Positions 21,294 to 32,000 of a DNA stretch of 32,000 nt are shown one piece after another. The stretch lies in NCBI RefSeq assembly GCF_000008565.1, contig NC_001263.1, positions 2,541,803 to 2,573,802 on the forward strand. Direction: 5' to 3'. The position numbers and the translations under genes were made by a program. Numbering within the stretch: position 1 is the first letter of the stretch; each line of letters begins with the position of its first letter. The notes under the pieces are model-generated. The model worked only from the letters and a program-made list of their open reading frames with translations. It made no database searches and had not been told where the DNA came from. The DNA comes from Deinococcus radiodurans R1 = ATCC 13939 = DSM 20539. GTDB taxonomy: Bacteria > Deinococcota > Deinococci > Deinococcales > Deinococcaceae.

Positions 21294-21314
21294 CTCTGCG
21301 GAGAGGTTCGGGGC

Positions 21315-21527
21315 TCAGGCGTTGGCGTCGAGGGCCAGGGTATTCTGCTTGCGGTACTCACGGTTTTCGGCCCCCACACCCAGGATGAAGAAGGTGGGCG
21401 CCCACTGACCGACGAACAGGGCGTCGCGCTTGGAGTCGTCGTCGCTGGCAGTGAAGTAACGGTAGGCGCTATAGCCGATGGAGGCGTAGCCCAGCAGAAT
21501 CATCAGGTCGGACATCTTCAGTTTCAT
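21315..21527 (-). CDS. Small (70 aa) membrane protein
   Basis: AAGGAG Shine-Dalgarno 5 nt upstream of the ATG. LMILLGYASIGYSAYRYF and WAPTFFILGVG are hydrophobic segments. GC3-rich. Confidence 0.7.
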   Translation of the reverse strand: MKLKMSDLMILLGYASIGYSAYRYFTASDDDSKRDALFVGQWAPTFFILGVGAENREYRKQNTLALDANA

Positions 21528-21674
21528 GGGGTGCTCCTTTGTCCACCTCGGGTTCCGAAGTGGCAGTGCCTCAGCATGACCCGCAGAAACCCTGACCGGA
21601 TGGCAGCCGTCCTTAGTATTTCTAACGGGAAGGGCCGCAAAAGTGCGTCTCTGTAAGCAAAACTACAGCTCCGG

Positions 21675-22370
21675 TCAAACGGTGACCTGCTCCGGCGTCA
21701 GGTGGTCGTGCCGGTTGACCCAGCCCACCAGCGGGCCGAACTCGGGCGGGTCCTGCGGGCCGGGCAGGGTGAGCAGGGTGGTCGAGGTGTTGGCGACGCG
21801 GAAAAACGCCGTGCCGTGGCTGATGAGCTCGCGCAGCAGAAACTGGGTGAAGTGGCCGTGGGTGACGAGCCCCACCGTGTCCTGAGGGCCGTGCGCCGCG
21901 CGCAGTTCACCCACCACGCGGGCCGCGCGGGCCAGATAAGCCGCGTGGTCCTCGGGCTCGAAACCGCCTTCCCAGGCCGCCTCCGCTGCGAGGTCGGCGG
22001 GCCAGAGCAGCGCGGGATTCTCAGTCAGCAGCTCGGCGTGGGTGCGGCCCGGCACCGGCCGGGGCACCCCGGCCTCGTCGCGCAGGAAGAGGCCCTGGGT
22101 CTCGTGAGCGTGCGTGAGGCCCTGCACGCCGAGCCCCAGCACCGCCGCGAGTGGCGCCGCCGTCTGCACCGCGCGGGTGGTCAGGCTGCAATACAGGTGG
22201 GTCAGGCCGCGCAGGGTCTCGTCGGTGCGGGCGAACTCGGCGAGCGCCCGTGCCTGCGCGTGGCCGAGTTCGGTCAGGGGCGGGTCGGCGGAGCGGCCCT
22301 CGCTGCCTCCGGTCTGGGCGTAGAGCAGGTTGTTGGTGGACTGCGCGTGCCGAATGAGCAGGAGGTTCAC
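21675..22370 (-). CDS. Histidine phosphatase family (phosphoglycerate mutase-like) protein
   Basis: GTG start at 22370 gives VNLLLIRHAQS (an RHG-type motif with the catalytic His near the N-terminus) and a later LVTHGHF. The upstream part of the 344-aa track ORF is Arg-rich junk. Confidence 0.85.
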   Translation of the reverse strand: MNLLLIRHAQSTNNLLYAQTGGSEGRSADPPLTELGHAQARALAEFARTDETLRGLTHLYCSLTTRAVQTAAPLAAVLGLGVQGLTHAHETQGLFLRDEAGVPRPVPGRTHAELLTENPALLWPADLAAEAAWEGGFEPEDHAAYLARAARVVGELRAAHGPQDTVGLVTHGHFTQFLLRELISHGTAFFRVANTSTTLLTLPGPQDPPEFGPLVGWVNRHDHLTPEQVTV

Positions 22371-22376
22371 GCCCGG

Positions 22377-22382
22377 ATTGTA
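22377..22382 (-). promoter_or_regulatory. -10 hexamer TACAAT, 6 nt upstream of the histidine-phosphatase GTG
   Basis: Plus strand attgta at 22377-22382. It lies immediately downstream of the Fe-S gene terminator. Confidence 0.5.
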
Positions 22383-22392
22383 GAGGGCAGGC

Positions 22393-22426
22393 AAAGCAAA
22401 ACCCCCGCCAGTTTCCCGGCGGGGGC
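22393..22426 (-). terminator. Rho-independent terminator of the Fe-S oxidoreductase gene
   Basis: On the minus strand, CCCCCGCC-8 nt loop-GGCGGGGG is followed by TTTTGCTTTG (plus-strand stems at 22402-22409 and 22418-22425). Confidence 0.75.
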
Positions 22427-22462
22427 GTACTTCACTCAGTGGACTCGACTCAGGAGTGGGTG

Positions 22463-25720
<3,258 letters not shown>

Positions 25721-25897
25721 CTCGGGAACCTCCGGGGGAAGCGCAGGGGCGCGGCGCAGCGGGGCAGGCGGAATATTGAACTCAGTACAAAGACTCGGGA
25801 GAGTATACCGAGTTGGCGGCTCCCTATAGCATAGGCCAGCCGCCGCTGACCCGCGTCTCATGCAGAGGCCCAAATCCACCGCGATTCCATGCCTGCC

Positions 25898-25903
25898 TAC
25901 ACT
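25898..25903 (+). promoter_or_regulatory. -10-like hexamer TACACT, 6 nt upstream of the ATG at 25910
   Basis: tacact at 25898-25903, spacer gctccc. Confidence 0.4.
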
Positions 25904-25909
25904 GCTCCC

Positions 25910-26427
25910 ATGCCCCTGGGATGCCTCGCCTCACTGTTCGGCCTGCGGGACGCCGCGCCCGCGCCGGCTTCTTCCTCACCTCCATCTCCTCTGGCCGGCG
26001 AAAAACGGGTGCCGACTTCGCTGCCCGTCTCGGCGCGGCGCTACTTCTTTTCCGCCGACGAGAACGCTTTTTTTCGCGCTCTGGAAGACGGCTGCGCGGC
26101 ACGAGCTACCGGGCCTTTCCCAATGTGCGGCTCAACGACCTCTTTACCATCGACGACCCCGCCCAGCGCGGCGCGGTGCTGGGGCGGCTGCGCGACAAGC
26201 ACGTGGATTTCATCATCGTGGACGCCGCCGACCACTTCCGGCCCCGGCTGGCCATCGAGCTCGACGGCAAGTCGCACCAGAAAGCCGAGCAGCAGTACCG
26301 CGACTCGGTCAAGGACGTGATTTTCCGCTCCGGGGGCCTCACGCTGCTGCGGCTGCCTTCGCGCCGCTACTCGGTGGCGGAACTCAGAAACGAACTCAGA
26401 CGCGCTGGCCTCAAGTCGGGCAACTGA
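25910..26427 (+). pseudogene. DUF2726-like (restriction-endonuclease-fold) protein gene interrupted by a frameshift
   Basis: N-terminal RRYFFSADENAFFRALEDG is in the frame of ATG 25910. YRAFPNVRLNDLF...KHVDFIIVD...AIELDGKSHQ...RDSVKD is in a frame offset by one base. The junction is about 26090-26106. Confidence 0.6.
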
Positions 26428-26429
26428 CG

Positions 26430-26435
26430 TACACT
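26430..26435 (+). promoter_or_regulatory. Candidate -10 (TACACT) for the amidase transcript
   Basis: tacact lies 35 nt upstream of the TTG at 26471, which has its own GGGAGG Shine-Dalgarno. This is a leadered arrangement. Confidence 0.25.
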
Positions 26436-26470
26436 GCGCCCCGAACCACAATTCGAGGGAGGTCTTTATC

Positions 26471-27262
26471 TTGAAACGTACCCTGCTCCCCGCCCTGCTG
26501 CTCGCCTCGTTCGCTGCCGCGCAAACCGCCGCGCCCGCAGCTCCCTCGCCTACGCCGGCGCCCGCCAGCGCGACCCGACTGCTGCCGCCTATCAGCGACG
26601 AGCCGATTTTTGTGGCGTACCCGCCCGACAAGTACAGCGTGGGTTTCGACCACGTGCTGCTCGAAGGCAGCGTCAAGCCCGGCGCGACCTTCAGCCTCGG
26701 CGGACAGCCGGTGGACGTGGGCGCCGACGGCCTGTTTATCGAGTGGGTGCCGCTGACCCCCGGCGAGAATGTGCTGAAGCTCGAAACCACCCTCGGCGGC
26801 GTGACCAGCACCAAAGAACTGCGCGTGACCAGCCGCCCGCAGACAGTCCTGAGGGGCGCGGCACAAATCGTGGCCGACAGCGTGCTGCCCGACGAGAACC
26901 GGGTGGCCTACCTGCAACCGGCGAACCTGGAAACGCGCGGCGTGCCGGTCGGCTTCAGCGGCACGCCCGGTGGGAAGGCGAGCTACAAGGTCGGCGACCT
27001 CGGCCCCTTTCCCCTGGCTGAAACGTCGCCCGGCGAGTACGAGGGCACCTTCCTGCTGCCCGCCCAACTCGCCGCTGCGCCCGTGTCCTTCACGCTGACC
27101 GGCGCGGACGGCACCACGGCCACCGCCGAGAGCACCGGCAAACTCAGCGTGACTGGCACCGGCCCCCGCGTGGCCGAGGTCACCGCCACCGTCGCTGGGC
27201 GCGGCCTGCAAGCCGCCGGGCAGGTGTGGCGCAACGGCGCGGGCCGCAACTTCGTGGTCTAG
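26471..27262 (+). CDS. Secreted N-terminal portion of a cell-wall amidase, ending at an in-frame TAG
   Basis: TTG start 8 nt after GGGAGG. Signal peptide MKRTLLPALLLASFAAAQT. Same reading frame as 27287-28321. TAG at 27260-27262. Confidence 0.6.
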   Translation: MKRTLLPALLLASFAAAQTAAPAAPSPTPAPASATRLLPPISDEPIFVAYPPDKYSVGFDHVLLEGSVKPGATFSLGGQPVDVGADGLFIEWVPLTPGENVLKLETTLGGVTSTKELRVTSRPQTVLRGAAQIVADSVLPDENRVAYLQPANLETRGVPVGFSGTPGGKASYKVGDLGPFPLAETSPGEYEGTFLLPAQLAAAPVSFTLTGADGTTATAESTGKLSVTGTGPRVAEVTATVAGRGLQAAGQVWRNGAGRNFVV

Positions 27263-27286
27263 CCCCGCCCCGGCGCCCGGACCATC

Positions 27287-28321
27287 GTGGTGGGCGAGGA
27301 AGGGGGCACCTACACCGTGCAGGTGTCGGATGGCCTGACGCTCAACGCGCCGAAGAGCTCCCTGACGCTGCGCCCGGAAGGCACGCCCCTTCCCCGCGCC
27401 GTGTTCGCCAACATCAATGTGAAAAACAGCGGCACCCACAGCGAAGTGCAGGTGCTGCTCCCCGAGCGCGTGCCCTTTACCGTCGAGCAGCAGGCCGGAC
27501 AGGGCGGCAGCCTCGACCTGCGGCTGTTCCACGCGGTGTCCGACGTGGAGTACATCGTCTCCGACGTCCCGACGGGCGCGGTGCGCGACGTGCGCTGGGT
27601 GCAGGACGCCGACGGCGTGGTCCGCCTGCACGTGGACCTGAACGGGGCGCCCTGGGGCTACGACGCGACCTACGGCGCCGACGACTCCGCCGAGCGCAAC
27701 ACCCTGACCCTGCGGGTGCGGAATGCTCCGGCCATCAACGCCCGCCAGCCGCTTGCCGGACGCACCATCGTCCTCGACCCCGGTCACGGCGGCGACGAGT
27801 TCGGCGGAGCGGGACCGCTGCGGGTGCCGGAGAAGAACCTCACGCTGCCGCTGACGCTACGCCTTGCCGAGTTGCTGCGCGAGAAGGGCGCCAACGTGAT
27901 TCTGACCCGTGAGGCCGACACCACCGTGCCTATCTACAACCGCCCACTGCTCGCCGAGGCGAAGAACGCCGAGCTGCTCGTCAGCATCCACGCCAACGCG
28001 CTGCCTGACGGCGTGGACCCCCGGACCAAGCGCGGCAGCGGCGTGTACTTTTACAATCCACAGGCCCGCGCCCTGGCCGACGCGGTGCAGGGTGCCCTGG
28101 TGGAAAAACTGCCCGACGTGGGCAACGACGGCGTGCATTACCAGAACCTCGCGCTGACCCGGCCCACCACGCAGCTTTCCATCCTGATCGAGACGGCCTT
28201 CCTGACCGACAAGAGCAACCTCCGCACCCTGATGAGCGACACGGGCCGCGAGCGACTGGCGCAGGCCATTGCGCTGGGGCTGGAGCGCTTTTACCGGGAC
28301 GCGGCGCTGAAACAGCGGTAA
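27287..28321 (+). CDS. N-acetylmuramoyl-L-alanine amidase (Amidase_3 catalytic portion)
   Basis: IVLDPGHGGDEFGG, LLVSIHANA, SILIETAFLTDK are the typical AmiA/B/C-type zinc amidase motifs. No signal peptide of its own. Confidence 0.8.
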   Translation: MVGEEGGTYTVQVSDGLTLNAPKSSLTLRPEGTPLPRAVFANINVKNSGTHSEVQVLLPERVPFTVEQQAGQGGSLDLRLFHAVSDVEYIVSDVPTGAVRDVRWVQDADGVVRLHVDLNGAPWGYDATYGADDSAERNTLTLRVRNAPAINARQPLAGRTIVLDPGHGGDEFGGAGPLRVPEKNLTLPLTLRLAELLREKGANVILTREADTTVPIYNRPLLAEAKNAELLVSIHANALPDGVDPRTKRGSGVYFYNPQARALADAVQGALVEKLPDVGNDGVHYQNLALTRPTTQLSILIETAFLTDKSNLRTLMSDTGRERLAQAIALGLERFYRDAALKQR

Positions 28322-28470
28322 TACGGTTTCAAATTGAGTCCCGGACATGTCCAGGCGCAATTTTGCGCGGAGCGCATGGAAAAATACGGTTTTAAGGAGA
28401 TAGACGGACATCCGGCGCCTTTCCGGATGTTCGGGAATCGGATTAAAGCCGTATAATACCCGATTCCGGA
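28322..28470. repeat. Composite palindromic small non-coding repeat (copy A) upstream of argS
   Basis: Outer arms ATACGGTTTTAA (28385-28396) and TTAAAGCCGTAT (28443-28454). Inner 11-bp stem 28405-28415/28423-28433. A partial upstream copy lies at 28322-28384. Related to 30461-30533. Confidence 0.55.
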
Positions 28471-28553
28471 CAGTTTTGGCCTTCAGCACAGGGGCGGGAA
28501 GTGGCGCATGGCCTCTTTTCCTGCCCCGTGACCCTGTCAGCGCCCGCGCCCCG

Positions 28554-28559
28554 TAAACT
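28554..28559 (+). promoter_or_regulatory. -10-like hexamer TAAACT, 6 nt upstream of the argS ATG
   Basis: taaact at 28554-28559, spacer gcccga, ATG at 28566. Confidence 0.45.
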
Positions 28560-28565
28560 GCCCGA

Positions 28566-30395
<1,830 letters not shown>

Positions 30396-30407
30396 ACCGG
30401 CTGCGAT

Positions 30408-30533
30408 GGGATCCCCCGGTTCTGGGGATTCCATCCGAACGGAGTGAGAAGCAGTAAAAAGGATTTCGGGAAATGGTCCCGCCTCCGGTGCCGTTCCGGA
30501 GGTGGGGGAATTGGACGAAATCCGTATAAACCC
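30408..30533. repeat. Palindromic small non-coding repeat (copy B) downstream of argS
   Basis: Hairpin GGGATCCCC/GGGGATTCC (30408-30432). Outer arms GGATTTCG (30461-30468) and CGAAATCC (30516-30523). Inner 11-bp stem 30478-30488/30496-30506. Tail GGAATTGGACGAAATCCGTATAAACCC aligns with copy A. Confidence 0.5.
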
Positions 30534-30540
30534 ATTAAAA

Positions 30541-30578
30541 GCGAGGGGACAGAGAAGTCGGTTTCTCTGCCCCCTCGC
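30541..30578. terminator. Bidirectional terminator between argS and the convergent hydrolase gene
   Basis: GCGAGGGGACAGAGAA (30541-30556) pairs with TTCTCTGCCCCCTCGC (30563-30578), 15 of 16 bp. A T-run follows on the minus strand (TTTTAATG). Confidence 0.7.
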
Positions 30579-30580
30579 CT

Positions 30581-31393
30581 TTAGCTTTTCGACGTCTCCG
30601 TCTGAGCCCGCTGCACCGCCGGAGCCGGGAGACCAGGCGGAAATTCCTTGTGCTGGCGGGCAATGGCGCGCTGCTCCAGGCCCTGATAAAAGCCGACCAG
30701 CCGGGCAATCATCTGCGGTGAGAAGCGGTTGCCGCCGAGGTGGGGCCCGTCGAGGCGCACGATCTCGCTCACGCCCTGTTCGGCCTTGGGAATCAGCAGT
30801 TCGGCATTCTTGCGCGAGGACACCACCGTGTCGGTGGGGCTGTAGGCCAGAAACAGCGGCAGCGGCGCCACCGGAGCCAGGCGCTGCGCGAGGGGCAGGG
30901 GGTCGAGGGTGGGGGTGGGCGGCACGGTCAGGCCATACGCCTTGCCGATTTCACGCTGGCGCGACAGGGCGCTGCCCCACGCGCCACGCAGGCTGACCCA
31001 GGCGTCAATAAGAGCTACGCCCCGGACGGTATAGGGCGAATCGGGCAGGGCGCTGCGCAGCGAGAGGAGCCCGCCCATGCTCAGGCCCAGGGCGTAGGTC
31101 CGGCTGTTCCAGCGAAATCGGCTGGTGGCCTCACGGTGAACCTGCGCGACTTCCCGCAGCGCTGCCGGACTGCCCCAGGTGTTTACGCCGCCGTCGCCGC
31201 TGAGCAGCACCGCGAAATCGGCGGCCAGCAGCGCCTGCGAGATTTTGCCGACCTGGGCACTGTCGCGCAGTCGGGCGGCGTCCTGGGCGCGGGGGTGCGA
31301 CACCACCACCAGCGGGCAACTGCGCACCTGGCAATCGGCGGGCACTTGCAGCAGCGAGGGCGACCTGGGGTTCCCCAGCCGCGTCCAGCGCAC
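30581..31393 (-). CDS. Alpha/beta hydrolase (esterase-like), N-terminus uncertain
   Basis: 270 aa from the GTG at 31393. Nucleophile elbow GLSMGG, later SPTDTVV and LDGPHLG. A signal-peptide-like segment lies just upstream in another frame. Confidence 0.6.
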   Translation of the reverse strand: MRWTRLGNPRSPSLLQVPADCQVRSCPLVVVSHPRAQDAARLRDSAQVGKISQALLAADFAVLLSGDGGVNTWGSPAALREVAQVHREATSRFRWNSRTYALGLSMGGLLSLRSALPDSPYTVRGVALIDAWVSLRGAWGSALSRQREIGKAYGLTVPPTPTLDPLPLAQRLAPVAPLPLFLAYSPTDTVVSSRKNAELLIPKAEQGVSEIVRLDGPHLGGNRFSPQMIARLVGFYQGLEQRAIARQHKEFPPGLPAPAVQRAQTETSKS

Positions 31394-31734
31394 GCCGCGT
31401 TTGGGCGCGAGGCCGACGGCGTACGACCGTGGCGACCAGGGGCTTCACCGCCGCTGTGCCCGCCGCCTGAGCGTGCGCCGCCAGCGGACCGAAACCCACC
31501 AGCAGCGCGAGCACACGGGCCAGCGCACGCCGGAAGGCGTCAGGGGGGTAGAGGAAAGGAAGTCAGTCACAGGGGCCTGGTCACGGGAGGGGGCGAGCAC
31601 TGCCCCGCAGTATGCCGCCGCGCCGGGCAGGACAGATGAACCCTGAACGGAACACCGGCAGCGGTGCCCTTCCCCCGTATCGCTCACCAGGGCGCAACCC
31701 CCACGCCGCCGCAGTTGCCCGCAGGCCAGCCCTC

Positions 31735-31740
31735 TATCAT
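31735..31740 (+). promoter_or_regulatory. -10-like hexamer TATCAT, 7 nt upstream of the ATG at 31748
   Basis: tatcat at 31735-31740, spacer ggcgccc. Confidence 0.4.
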
Positions 31741-31747
31741 GGCGCCC

Positions 31748-32000
31748 ATGAACGATCAACCCCGCATTCACCTGGGAGCCCTGCTGCGAACCGCCGACGA
31801 CGCGCACGCCGAGGGCGAACTCGACCACCTCCAGTACCTTCAGGGCAAGCAGCCGCAAACCCTGCGTTTTGCCGAGCCTGCCGCTTTTGAGGTGGACATC
31901 AACTCGCTTGGCGGCGACGAGATGTACCTGCAAGGCCAGTTTTCGCCCACGCTGGTCATGGAATGTGCCCGCTGCCTGCGCGAGGTGCAGGTGCCGCTCG
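31748..32000 (+). CDS. YceD/DUF177-family protein (5' partial, runs off the window)
   Basis: Open frame to the window edge and not in the ORF track: MNDQPRIHLGALL...FEVDINSLGGDEMYLQGQFSPTLVMECARCLREVQVPL. The xCxRCL segment is typical of DUF177. GC3-rich. Confidence 0.6.
   Translation, partial: MNDQPRIHLGALLRTADDAHAEGELDHLQYLQGKQPQTLRFAEPAAFEVDINSLGGDEMYLQGQFSPTLVMECARCLREVQVPL

Noticed and set aside
25721-25879. N-terminal 53 codons of the track ORF for the Fe-S oxidoreductase (ATG 25879)
   Set aside because: The codons here are A/T-ending and the segment contains promoter-like AT-rich strings (TATACT, AATATT) and short dyads. A TTG with a well-spaced GGAGG at 25720 opens directly into the first TM helix. 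The start remains uncertain.
31445-31933. 162-aa minus-strand ORF
   Set aside because: It is antisense to the YceD/DUF177-like gene over half its length. Its C-terminal half is Trp/Arg/Cys junk. Only its region 31515-31600 might relate to the unresolved 5' end of the esterase gene.

Overview
High-GC (about two thirds G+C) bacterial chromosomal segment. Gene content, GC3-rich codons, abundant leaderless-type promoters and small palindromic intergenic repeats fit a Deinococcus-like genome; this is inference, since no database search was possible. I support about 31 protein-coding genes. Most are housekeeping: cmk, hemA, YebC-family regulator, gatB, mltG, argS, cyclophilin PPIase, amidohydrolase, nitronate monooxygenase-like, several alpha/beta hydrolases, MBL hydrolase, PfkB kinase, SAM methyltransferase, histidine phosphatase and a partial YceD/DUF177. 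I found no rRNA, tRNA, CRISPR array, transposase or integrase. I did not find a clear multi-gene novel system. The most unusual items are: (1) a membrane Fe-S/CCG oxidoreductase with a low-complexity C-terminal tail of about 370 aa carrying seven spaced copies of an R-K-x-W-x-P-K motif; (2) an atypical kinase with a kinase-like domain, Cys/His cluster, two TM helices, coiled coil and helix-hairpin-helix; (3) two families of MITE-like palindromic repeats, one bracketing argS and showing compensatory stem substitutions; (4) a -10-like hexamer 6-7 nt upstream of about 15 start codons, consistent with leaderless mRNAs; (5) four apparently disrupted ORFs: an in-frame TAG in a secreted cell-wall amidase, and frameshifts in a DUF2726 gene, a hypothetical gene and possibly a hydrolase. 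All product names come from motif recognition by eye. The long Arg/Ala/Gly-rich ORFs antisense to these genes are treated as high-GC artefacts.
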